From Octopus sinensis (taxonomy: Eukaryota), in assembly GCF_006345805.1 (NCBI RefSeq), contig NC_042999.1:121024001-121088000 (forward strand): 64,000 bases of DNA, written 5' to 3'. Below are positions 19,719-31,019 of the stretch, piece by piece; positions within the stretch are counted from its first letter, which is position 1, and every line of letters starts with the position of its first letter. Made by a program: the position numbers and the translations under genes. Under the pieces are notes generated by a model. It ran no database searches. It was given only the letters and a program-made list of their open reading frames with translations, and was not told the origin of the DNA.

Positions 19719-20742
19719 AATGTTAATGGGAATCAGGCAGGTTTCACAAAATACTGCTGTTTCTTCCTTGTGTCTGTGGGATAGTCGGGCACCTGACAGA
19801 TATTATTCGGAATCAAACTGGCAGACAAGAACAACATCATACCAGCCAGGACGGTCTAGCGTGAAGAATACACTGAATGTAGATCCATGTAATGTCCTAT
19901 TACTTCCTTTGCACGTAAAGCTTGGACTAATGAAACAGTTTATAAAGACACTAGGGAAGATAAATGCCAGTGGGGTTGAGTATATTGAAGAAAAGTTTCC
20001 CAAAATCACACAGGCGAGGTTGAAAGAGGGTATCTTTGTTGGACCCCAAATTAGAGAAGTATTCAAAGATGTCAACTTCAAGACAACACTGGATGAGCTG
20101 GAACTACCAGCCTGGAATGCTTTCAATCGAATCAGTGAGAATTTTGTGGGCAACAAGAAGGCAATGGACTACAAGAATGGCATTAAGAATCTTCTGAAAT
20201 GTTACACAGCAATGGGTTGTCGCATGTCACTGAATGTTCACTTCTTACAATCCCATCTGGATTTCTTCGCAGATAACCTTGGAGCAGTCTGATGAACATG
20301 TTGAAAGATTTCACCAGGATATTAGTGCTATGGAGAAATGGTTCCAAGGCTTCTGGAATGACGGTATGCTGGCTAACAGCTGCTGGATCAACTGTGATCA
20401 ACCAGATCAAGAACACCGCAGGAAATCTAAATCACAATGTTTCTAAATCTGTTGCTCTATTTTTTGTGTAGTCCTATTTTTTGTGTATTCAGTCTTTGTA
20501 GAATGATAGTGATGATTTTTAATTCAATAAGCTCATTTACTTTCTAAAAATAATACGTCCCCATTTATTACGTTAATTATTTCATGTATACAAATGTGTA
20601 AATTTTTGCATATATCTACTGAAAAACTGATACGTGCTGCATACAAATGGAGTGGAATTTTAAAATCAGCATAAAAAATTAGTCTAAAAAAGTTGCTTTG
20701 CATTCATAATGAGTATATTACATTTAATTTTTTTGACCAGTG
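19719..20742 (+). mobile_element. DNA transposon 3' half, probably CMC-Chapaev3
   Basis: Transposase motifs LCLWDSR, PLHVKLGLMKQF, LKEGIFVGPQIR, HFLQSHLDFF..NLGAV and (S)DEHVERFHQDIS. It ends ...TTTTGACCAGTG|TTA, consistent with CAC..GTG termini and a TWA target. The superfamily assignment is from memory of the motif set. Confidence 0.7.
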
Positions 20743-20798
20743 TTACTGTTGTTATTGTTGTCCTTGTTGCTGTTGTTGCCTTTGTTGCTGCTGTTGTT

Positions 20799-21405
20799 AA
20801 GGATAAAACAGTGACCTGGCAGAATCGTAAGCACGCGGGAGAAAATGCTTAGCAGCATTTCGTCCGTTTTCATGCTCAGAGTTCAAATTTCGTGGAGGGC
20901 GTCTGTACATTTCATACTTACAGGATCTAAAAAATAAGTACAATTTGCGTACTGGGTCGATGAAATACGTACCAATCGATATAACCAACTATCCCCCTCA
21001 CCGCAAAATTCAGCTCTTCTTCCTAAAGTAGAATGATAGTCTGTCTACGTTCTGAATTCAAACTCACCCGGGATAGACTTCGTCTTTCATTCTTTCGAAT
21101 TCGATAAAATAAGTACCAGTTAAGCACTGCAGTAGATGAAATCGACTTATCCCCTCCTCCAAGCTGCAGGCTTTGTGCCAGAGTTTTAAACCATTATTGT
21201 GGTTGCTTTTGTTAAGGTGGCGAGCTGGCAGGATCTTCTGCGCGCCGGGCAAAATTTCATTCGTCTTTACATTTCGAATTCAAATTCCGCCGAGGTTGAC
21301 TTTGTCTTTTATCCTTTCGGGGTCGATAAAATAATTACCAGTTGAGCACTGTGGTAGGTGTATTCTACTAACCCCCTCTCCCGCAATTGCAGGCCTGTGT
21401 CTATT
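20799..21405 (+). mobile_element. Three same-orientation diverged copies of the short tRNA-derived SINE family
   Basis: Units at about 20799-21030, 21039-21195 and 21214-21405 share GAGTTCAAAT..., CTTTCATCCTTTCGGGGTCGATAAA-like and AAGTACCAG motifs with the copies at 24276-24730. Confidence 0.8.
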
Positions 21406-21950
21406 CAACATTTGGTAGTTTCAGGCAAATTTTTACTGCACCATTTGTTACGCCTCTGTGTTGCTGTGTGCGGCATTGTGTGTTCTTTTTTGTTGCTGCG
21501 GGAGTGCACACTCTTCCGGTATTGTACTGAGTCAGTTAGTTTCGTTATCGGGTCTGGTTGCAGTCTTTTGTTGTATTAATGTTTGTATTGCGTGTTGTAT
21601 GTGTAATGCGCGTTGTGTTCTGTTGGGTATACGTCCTGCTGGTTGTTGTTTATGTAATTGAATATTTGCGAAATAGAGTGTATCGTGTATTTTTAGATTG
21701 TTTTGTTTGGGTTGTATTACTGAATAGTGCTTTGAGTATGATTATTATAATTTAATTATTCATTTATTTATTTACTTATTTGCAGCAGTTTTACTTTATT
21801 GTGTGCCAGGAATTTATTGTTAGATATTTCTTAAACTTTTCTGTTCGCTCGATGTAATCTTTAATGATTGCGTTTCAGTTTCGTCCGTTTAATGTTTCTC
21901 GTGCAGTGCCATTTTAGAAAATGAGACCCGGTATTAGAGTCTTTTTAATA

Positions 21951-23130
21951 CGAGGGGAAACAGGAGTTTTGCAATATTATTTTTTTTCACTTAGCTTTAC
22001 ATGCTTTCACTATTATCGCCTTCAAAATATTCTCCATTTGAAGCGTCGCATCGGTCCGGATGCGTTTTCCGCTGTTCGAAGCATTCCTGAAGCTTTCGTG
22101 AAACGATGCGTTTTAACTTCTCCGTCGTTTTTTTTCTTCACCCCTTCCACATCTGCAAAACATTTTCTGTTAAGGACTTTTTTCATTCGGTGGAACAAAA
22201 ACAACAGTCACATGGACCAAGATCGGGTAAATAGGGAGAATGGGTAAGCGGGGTCATGCTATTTTTTATCAAAAACTGTCTCATACTCAAGGCGGTGTGT
22301 GCAGGCGCATTGTCGTGATGAAACTACCACCCCCCACTTTGCCACTGATCGGGGTATTTCGTCCCACTACTTCTCTCAAATGCTAATGAATGTCTGGTTA
22401 ACGGTTTGACCAGGAGGAACATGTTCTATGCGAACAATTCCTTTTGCATCGATGAAACAAACCAGCATAGTCTTGACATTGGTCTTCACTTGACGCGCTG
22501 TTTTTGGAGTGAAGTGACATTGAGTGTTCCCTTTGATTTGACTGCTGCTTCATTTCCTGGTCGTAGCCATAATACCAACTTTCGTCACCAGTGATAACCT
22601 TCGAAAAACAGTCTGGATCAACTTCCAGCTGTTCTTTCAGTTCAAGACACGTATTCAGTCGTGACTGCTTTTGATCTTCCGTGAGCAAGCGATGTACAGA
22701 TTTTGCTGCATCTCTTTTCATTCGCAATTCCTCACTCAAAATTCATTGGCAGGAGCTCCAGGATTCATCAGTCATATCAACAAGTTCGTCAATTATTCGG
22801 TGACGGTTGTCCAAGATCAGTTCACGAATTATTTTTGTGATGTTTTCATGCATTCGGGTGGTCGACAGTCGCTCTGAACGAGATTGGTCTTAAAAAACAG
22901 AATTTCACGAAAGCATTCTGTTCCTTCCTTTCAGCCATAGCAAAAATCGACGAATATGGGAGAAGTGCAAAAGAAAGACGCACCAGGTGACAGCACGACT
23001 CCAGCAGACGATGCCAGTCGGTAAACTAATGCCTGAGGATCACATCAAGTGGCTTCCAGAGGCGGAAGCCTGAACTGCAACGGCCTTGTGACTACAGAGA
23101 ACGTTTCCTGTTACTTTTGGGTACTCCATG
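21951..23130 (-). mobile_element. mariner DNA transposon, degenerate
   Basis: Ends TA|CGAGGGG and CTCCATG|TA. Transposase motifs AAKSVHRLLTEDQK, VITGDESW and LFHRMKKVLNRKCFADVE are present. Confidence 0.85.
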
Positions 23131-23649
23131 TACATCAAGAGATTCTACTCTTTAAAAGGATAATGGAGGATAACTTTGGAAACATTTGTGAAATTACTTC
23201 ACATTATGAGAAATATTCATGTTTAATAATAATGTACAAGTTTGAAAATGTTATGGTTCGCAAAGCATACTGATGTTTAATAAATTTTATATCGGAACGC
23301 TCTAAAGATATTTACAGATAGTAGCATTGGTATTTTCCGGAACGTGCCTTTGTTTATCGTTTCAGCAACCACTCAATGTCTTTGCAAAAATGATAGTTTG
23401 TCGATGAAAAATGAGATGAAAGACGCATTCCTTAACTGTAATGATGCTTTTAATTCAATCGCTGGGTAAGTGTAATTCTATACATTATCATGTTGCTTCT
23501 GCAGAAAATTATAGTTTTTTGCTATTGTTATGTTGGTAATTTATAAGCAATTGTCATTTTTCTCATGTACAAGGATGTCAGGCTTATTTGATATCTCATT
23601 ATCTGCGAGAGTTCTAAAGAAAATTCACACTGTAATTTTCCCCGGCAGG

Positions 23650-24270
23650 TGAAATTTTCTCTATGTTATGCATATTTATAGGTCCTTCAGTTTTGGGTTT
23701 GGTATTTGTCTACATTTATTATTATTCTCGAAGCACCTGCTATTATAGTTATTGTTTCTACTTTCAGACACAACATCCGGTGTTTCTAAATTCTTGTTGG
23801 ATAATTTCTTCAGTTCTTTTAGCCATACGTTATCATGCGTTGTGACGAATACATAGATTAGAATGTCATGGTTTCCCGGTGCTGGTTGAGAACAGTATCT
23901 AGTCGATTAATCTTGTTATATTAATCTGTGTATTTTGGGACACGCCAGAGAATGGCCGCTTTGCAATTCTCGAAGACCTTTACTTGTGTATACTTATACT
24001 ATTTCTATTATTTTGGTATTGGAAGATGCAGGCATAGCTTCCAATGTATGTAAGTAATAAGTCTGTCATACATGTGGATGTAGTCTTTCTTGGTAAGATT
24101 GGGCGGTTGGAGATAATGTGTTTGTTTCTTCGCATAGTCTGCGCTTACCTACTGTATTCCGCTTCATGATATTCTTTTGGTGTTCTGAGACAATTGGACT
24201 TGATCCGGTGCTGCAGTCAAGAATCTTAGAGTTTCAGCTGTACGTCCGTGCTTTTTAAATATTGTTTCGT
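23650..24270 (-). mobile_element. Highly decayed Dong/R4 endonuclease fragments
   Basis: Minus strand gives ILIYVFVTTHDNVWLKELKKLSNKNLE (compare LID..VP.D.N..KE.EKLSKYKDLE), an ELQKAAIL-like segment and an NRP motif, with many frameshifts. Confidence 0.5.
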
Positions 24271-24275
24271 CTTTA

Positions 24276-24730
24276 AGGCGGCGAGCTGGAAGAAACGTTA
24301 GGACGCCGGGCGAAATGCGTAGCCGTATTTCGTCTGTCGTTACGTTGTGAGTTCAAATTCCGCCGAGGCGACTTTGCTTTTATCTTTTCGGGGTCGATAA
24401 ATTAAGTACCAGCTACGCACTGGGTCGATGTAATCGACTTAATACCTATGTCTGTCCTTGTTTGACCCCTCTGTGTTTATCCCCGTGTGGGTAATAAAGA
24501 AATAAGAAATAGGTATTTCGTCTGCCGCTACGTTCTGAGTTCAAATTCCACCGAGGTCGACTTTGCCTTTCATCCTTTCGGGGTCGATTAAATAAGTATC
24601 AGTTACGCGCTGGGGTCGACGTAATCGACTTAATCCGTTTGTCTGTCTTTGTCTGCCCCTCTTTGTGTAGCCCCTTGTGGACAATAAAAAAAAAAAAAGA
24701 AACGTTAGCACGCTGGGCGAAATGCTTAGT
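24276..24730 (+). mobile_element. Head-to-tail tandem array of the short tRNA-derived SINE (full unit, headless unit, head fragment)
   Basis: Unit 1 at 24276-24510 starts AAGGCGGCGAGCTGG. Unit 2 starts GGTATTTCGTCTG at about 24511 and ends in an A run at about 24698. Unit 3 is GAAACGTTAGCACGCTGGGCGAAATGCTTAG. Confidence 0.9.
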
Positions 24731-24989
24731 CAAACTCTTTTACTGTTCAAGCAACCTTTGGTATTTTTTCATAATGATTATTTGCAATTTAATGAGGATC
24801 ACTTGTTTGAGGCGTGTTTTGAATTTTGGATGATTCCTTTTATATTTATTATATATGTACTATATATCTAATGTCTTTGGTTGTTTTCTTTTTCATTTCT
24901 TTTTTTTATAAAGGATTTCGTTAATAATAAGAATTTTTTTCTCATATTTTCTATTTTTCCTGAATGTTTGCCCTCCAGTTATTATTATT

Positions 24990-27110
24990 ATTATCACGAG
25001 TCTATCAGTTTCTGCACATCTCAGACAGGGTCGCAATTTTTTTTTTACAGTATATTCAGAACTTTTCTTGCCATTGCTTTAACATGGCATTCACTAACCA
25101 CATATTCAATCTGGTTTTTGGCTCATTACAATATATGTTATTCTTTCTGGGTTTTGTGTTGTTTTTTGTGTGTGTGTGTTTTCTCTATCAACTGTCTGTT
25201 ATTTCACCATGTATCTCTATTTGTTGGCTTCCTTAGAAATAGAAAACACAAATTTTGTTCTGATCATACTTTATAGCTATGTGTATTAATCGTTCATTAC
25301 ATTTTTGCTAAATATTTTGCAGTCCTATAGTAAATATTGTATAATAGTTTTCTTGTTGCATAAGGCCGCTGCCACCCTGTATTAATGGTAAATACCTATG
25401 TCAGATTTTGGATAGAGCGTTTTAAATACAGTAATTCTTTTTCTTCTGCTTTTTTATGTCTAGTCTGGTTTGTTAATTTCTGATGCCTATTACATTATTT
25501 TCTGCTTTAACTTTGTTCTAAGTATTAAATCTAATGCGCCTACAATATTCTTTCCTAATTTTTTTCTTTCGGATGTGTGTAGATGTGCGTTGTACACTGT
25601 CTAGTTCATTGATTCCTAAGTATGCGTAAGCCTGTATTTGTTCTAATTCTCTTATCACTTTCTTTAGCTAATATATTAGCGTTCTTAATTCATTTTCCTC
25701 TCTTCAGTTTTGGATGTGTAAGGAATAGCATATGTGTGTGTGTGTGTGTTTATGTGTCTGTGTGCGCGCGCTTTGCTTGTGTATGATGGCGCGCCTGTGT
25801 ATGTGTGTGTGTGTTCATTTAGCATTTAGCTCTAATTTAATTATTAATCTAATGCGTCTGTATTATTACTTTACAACATTTTCTTTTACATTGAGTGTGC
25901 TATACACTGTAGTGTACATTTATTCCTGAGTATTTGTAAATCTATGTTTGGCCTAATTCTTTTATCTTTGATTCTTTATTCAACACGACATTAGTAATCT
26001 TAGTCAATGTCTCCTCTGCAACGTTGCTTGGTATTTTTTAAACTCAATAGCATATCAGTTCTTTGAATAGATTCTCGTGCTGTCTGTAGCAGAGTTTCAA
26101 GTTTTCATCTACATCGTCCACATAAAAGTATAGTAAACACGAGTCCATTATGGTATAATATGCTGGTTAAAGGTTACAGCACCAGGCATAAATTCAGCGC
26201 AAGGAGAAATACCTCTCAAATATCTTTCTAATAGAAATAAAGTTAGTTTTTTTTAATTCTTTCCTTTGTTTATATTTACAGCATTATTTACAATTACTGA
26301 TGACAGTTTAATATTATTCCTATTACTGCTGCTGCCTTACGCGTGGCAAATAAGTCTCGGTTCCATGTCTAGGTCACACTAATAAAAATGACTTTGGTAG
26401 TCAACTTATGCTATTAAAATGTTTTTCAACAACAATTTCGAATTTATATTTATAGACCAGTCATTTGATCATGTTTTCAGAAAAATATGATTTTGTTTAC
26501 CAATTAATAATCTACCTACTGCGACATTATTATAATAAAGGATTTGAAGCTGCATGCTGGCAGGTTAAGGGTCTGTAAAGTTTAGGTTTTCTGTTTCTTA
26601 ATCCTAGGTATTAGAGTACTTTGTCTTGCGTGACTCAATCATTTGGTGTTTCAGTATTTTATTCATTGCTGCTGCTTCTATTTATACCTGCTCGTTAAAT
26701 ACTTCAACCACAAGTTTGAGATTTTATCAGTTCCTCGTATCTTTCATTTGTTTAATATTTTTCCTTTTTTTGTAGCATATGGCTTTTTGCTTGAGTAGAT
26801 ATGACATCCTACTATGTTCAACTGTTTGTTATTTTGTATTTTTGTTTGATGCTGCAGAACTGATAATTATTTTATTTTTATCTAGTTACTTCATAAAATT
26901 GTTTTGGTCTTTAAAACAATTAGTTTTAGCCTTTAAAACTATTTGTTTTGATCTTGTAAAACTATTTGACCGACGTGTCCTTCAGTCGTCTATATCTGAA
27001 GTCTTTCGGTTTTTGTTTAGAGAAAAAAATTCATGTATTTTTATGTCATCTGTTATATTTGTTGTGCTTGTTTATTTTAGAACCTCAATAACTCGCTTTT
27101 GTACTTCCTA
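24990..27110 (-). mobile_element. Old, heavily decayed Dong/R4 element body
   Basis: Minus-strand remnants occur in the expected order: LYRPLTC (~26560), FYVDDV (~26120), AYAYLGINE...KEYCRRI (~25540-25640) and LYPKSD (~25400). Confidence 0.55.
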
Positions 27111-27189
27111 ATAATTGAAAAATTACGAAGAATTAATTGATGCTGTTGTTTTATTGTTGCTGCTACAGTTGTATAATCCGTTTTTTGTG

Positions 27190-27209
27190 GTAGCTGTTGT
27201 AGTTGCTGT

Positions 27210-27250
<41 letters not shown>

Positions 27251-27264
27251 GCTGCTGCTGCTGC

Positions 27265-27296
<32 letters not shown>

Positions 27297-27320
27297 TTGC
27301 TGCTGCTGCTATTATTGTTG
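27190..27320. repeat. (GTT)n/(GCT)n compound microsatellite
   Basis: Direct reading. It accounts for the poly-Cys ORF. Confidence 0.95.
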
Positions 27321-29379
27321 TTGTTTAACTATTGTTTTTCGTGATGTTCATTATACTGCTACTATTGCTGCTTATGATGTTGCTGTTTTTATCGTTTTTT
27401 GTTGTCGAATTACCTGGTTCGGTTGTTTCATTAAGCTACTGTGGCTTCTGTGAGACTCTGGACTGCCATATGCTCATGCTGATATGACTGCCTGTTACAT
27501 CAGCCCCCTCTAACTTTGTCTACATTCCTATTACCTGCCATTTCTTCAAATCTCACTTTGTTCTTCGAAAAGTATAAAAGCTATATGTTTTGTCCGAGTA
27601 TGTGCTAGCTTCTTCTTGCAAATCTGTGTTTGTCTAAACATTGTTTTGAGTAGAACACTTCACCGTGGGTTCGTTTGAAACTCCTATTTGTAAATCCTAC
27701 ATTTAGTTAATTCTGCTATTTTCCCTTTACACTACTGTTAGCTTTGTCGCTGTAATTTTTTTCTAGTGGCTATGGTGAGGTGCTGGAAGCAGTGAGGTGA
27801 GGGTCTCTCGATTCCATTTTTTTATCCTAATAAGCTCTCAGGCAGTCAGTTTTCCTGTTTGGTTAGCATTTGGGCTTCCTGCTCTTAAAACTCCCCTACA
27901 TTTGTTCTCAGTTCTTAAAGAACAACCACTTAGTAATGTACCAATGTCTTCAGGAAACTTCAAGGAGGTTTCCGCCCAATTTCGTTGTGATATTGACTTA
28001 AGTTCTACGACAATGCTTCTTGTGTTTTTTCTTTTTCATTTCCATTGCTCAGGATTTGATCTTTCAGGAGTAATATTGGTCAGTATTCTTTTGCAACGCA
28101 CCGTTTAATTGCGAATATATCACACCACGAATACATATGGGGTGAAAATTGTGGTGAAGAATCTTCCTAGCTTATTTTTACTGACAAATTACTACCATGG
28201 TTCCTTGGTCTCCTATTCTACATAGATAAGTTTTTATAACTTTCGGAAATTTTTCAGTTTGCGATAGCGAGAAATATTCCAGAGTCTTAGTTTTTCGATG
28301 TATACATTTATATGAGACCGTTCTTTGGATGGTGTCGTTACTCACAACACTATAATAACTTGTGGCATAAAATATGTAAACATGGATTTTGTGGATTTTT
28401 GTGTGCACTATTTTTGCTAGTCTTGTACTTGTGTTTGTAAAAGAAAAAGAATTCTTCATCAGAATGTTATTGTTAAAGTTGTTATGGATTTTGTTAATTT
28501 GTTGTTGATGCTGTTGTTTCTCATATTGTCGCTTCCTCAGAGTTCTCAGCTTGTGGTTATGGTCCCTATAATTCTGCCATTACATTTAATAAAAATAGAG
28601 ATCATGAAAATTCTATTATACTTAAGGGAGATGACATCGAGAGTTGAGGCGGATAGTTCTGTTATTATAACTCACCTTTTTAAAACAGTACGGTTAGAAA
28701 ACACGAAGCTGTCAATGACTTGCTTGGTCTGTTAATAAACGAGATAGGAGATCCGACTCACGTCTTCAAATCAAAAGAGGCCCTTTTTTTTATTTTTTCA
28801 AAAATATGAAACACAGTATTTTTACAATTAGCATATAAGCCCGTATCATGTCCAACAATAAAAAAAATTGTGTAATCACTTCGTTGTCAGATGGTTGCCT
28901 CCGGAAAACAATATTATCGATTTCAGCAAAATATAACAAAGTTAAAAAAAAAACCTCGCTAGTAAAGAACTGATGTGGATTGCCTGTGTGATATCATTTT
29001 TTTATTATTTTATTACCATGTAATATAATGTGCTTGCCTCAGATTTAAAATTCAAACCAACGTTATAATTCTAGCTTGAAAGCTGAAGTATTTGGTAAAG
29101 CAACTTTTGGCTGCCTGAATTATTAGTATTCATCAATATTTACCAAAGTGAATCAGTTAACAACATCGAAGTGAAATCAACCACCTGTGGCTTCTCACCA
29201 GCATTTATATCTGAATTTCAGAAAGCTTTAATGGGACTCAAGGAACGATTGGCTTAAAACTGGCTTAGCAAAATTCGATAAACATTCCAAATTCACGATA
29301 CACAGATATCTCCAACTACTGATACTGTTGTTATTCCTGCCACTACTAATAGTACTGCTGCTGCTGCTGGTTGTGGTGA

Positions 29380-29450
29380 GAGTGGTGGTGGTGTGGGGGG
29401 GGCGGTGGCGGTGGTGGTGGTGGTGGTGGTGGTGGTGGTGGTGGGTGATG

Positions 29451-29481
<31 letters not shown>

Positions 29482-29482
29482 C

Positions 29483-29515
<33 letters not shown>

Positions 29516-29516
29516 A
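29380..29516. repeat. (GGT)n-(GAT)n compound microsatellite
   Basis: Direct reading. Confidence 0.95.
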
Positions 29517-29835
29517 ACAAAGGGCAATGAACACATGGGCTGTTTCCTTAATGCGATATGGCGCAGGTGTTGTTAGGTGGACAAAGAACGAGCTTGCGGA
29601 AATGGACAGGAAAACCAGAGAAGTGATGACAGTTAACAAGGAACTACACCCCAGAAGCGATACTGACAGGCTGTATATGCCTAAGAACAGGTGAAAAGGA
29701 AACCTCATAAGATGCGAAATCTGTATTGTCAACGAGAACAGTCTGGGATGGTACATCAAGCAACAGAGTGAATCCTTGCTTGCCGTCGTTAGAATTAACA
29801 ATACCAAACCTACCGAAAGTGCAATGCGCAATGAT
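29517..29835 (+). mobile_element. Dong/R4 internal fragment (region after the RT), plus strand
   Basis: Translates to RAMNTWAVSLMRYGAGVVRWTKNELAEMDRKTREVMTVNKELHPRSDTDRLYMP, homologous to ORFs 9152-10144 and 18369-18671. Confidence 0.85.
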
Positions 29836-29860
29836 GAAAAATGAATAATTTATTGTAAGA

Positions 29861-30244
29861 CTAGCAGTATCGCCCGGCGTTGCTCGGGTTTGTAAGGGAA
29901 ATAACTATAAAGCATTTTTAGAGAGTTATAGCCCAAAAATAGCAAAAAAAAATGAAAAAAATGATGGTAAATTTTTTTGAGAGTAAAAAAAGGTGGAGTT
30001 GCGTCCCCTAGACAGTTTGCGGTTTGTGTTTCTGATTCTCGACCCCATGTCGAATTTATCGATTTTGTTCAGAACTGGGGGAACTTTTCAAAATTTTCGC
30101 TGCGTTAGTTTTGAATTATGACATTGGGCTATGTGTGTGTCAAGTTTCATCAGAATCGGTTGAAAGCCGTGGTCAGGGTGAGGGTACAAGCAAACAGACA
30201 CACAGAAACACGCACAGACAAACTGCCGTTTATATAGAGAGAGA
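29861..30244 (-). mobile_element. Non-autonomous Helitron (Lep1-like)
   Basis: The minus strand begins A|TCTCTCTCTATATAAAC, contains (ACAG)-rich repeats, has the subterminal hairpin CCCG-agcaacgc-CGGG and ends CTAG|T, with no TSD. Confidence 0.82.
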
Positions 30245-30782
30245 TTTCTACAAAGCCATGAACAATGGTTATTTGACAATAGCGGTGCACCCATCATTAT
30301 AGAAGAAGTTATTGGTAAGCCAGAACGTAAATTATTTAAAACACACATAGTTGTTATAATTCTATACCCTACATTCATTTCTATTGACGCAGTCTACTGG
30401 TAATATGGACAACACAATATAAAGATAAGTCGATAGTCCTCGACTTATACATTTACGTAACCGAGTTATAATCAATTATTTTAATAGCTTACTTTTTCTG
30501 AGTGGGAAACTTTTCTCCACTCCAAATGAGAAATTCCTTATTGGTGATTACATCAAATCGCTTGAAATGAAAAATAAAGCAGCTACATTTAAAAACCACC
30601 AATAGATTTTGCATTGATGAGTATTGTACATGATCCCAACTGTCAGAATACTAAGTTGAAAGAGGACCCAGAGTAGCAAGCAAAGACAGTATTACAGTTC
30701 TTTATTTAAGAGATGAGGAATTATGTACATTATTTACACTATTTACATTTGACGGATATTTGCCCTCATCTTGTTTGTTGTT

Positions 30783-30828
30783 AAAACAAAGTTTAGGCTG
30801 TTATACCCTCCAGCCTTCATCAGGTGTC
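30783..30828 (-). ncRNA. Hammerhead motif, left arm (helix II intact, GAAA mutated)
   Basis: Reads GACAC [CTGATGA] A GGCTG-gagggtataa-CAGCC [TAA] ACTT T | GTTTT. Confidence 0.55.
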
Positions 30829-30875
30829 TTGGAGAAACTTCGAACCTGGGTTCTCATTCCTGAGGTATTTTTCGA

Positions 30876-30927
<52 letters not shown>

Positions 30928-30988
30928 ACAACAACGACACCATCGAAAATTTCTCAGGAATGAGAAACCAGGTTTTAAATTTCCCCAA

Positions 30989-31019
30989 GACACCTGATGA
31001 AGGCTGGAAACGTTGTGTT
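30989..31019 (+). ncRNA. Hammerhead motif, right arm (core intact, helix II 3' strand deleted)
   Basis: Reads GACAC [CTGATGA] A GGCTG [GAA] ACGT T | GTGTT. Fifteen nt are missing relative to the left arm. Confidence 0.55.

Noticed and set aside
21420-21720. Minus-strand MPHTATQRRNKWCSK resembling the Dong N-terminal KW motif
   Set aside because: Only a few residues match, in low-complexity CA-rich sequence, so it is not supportable.
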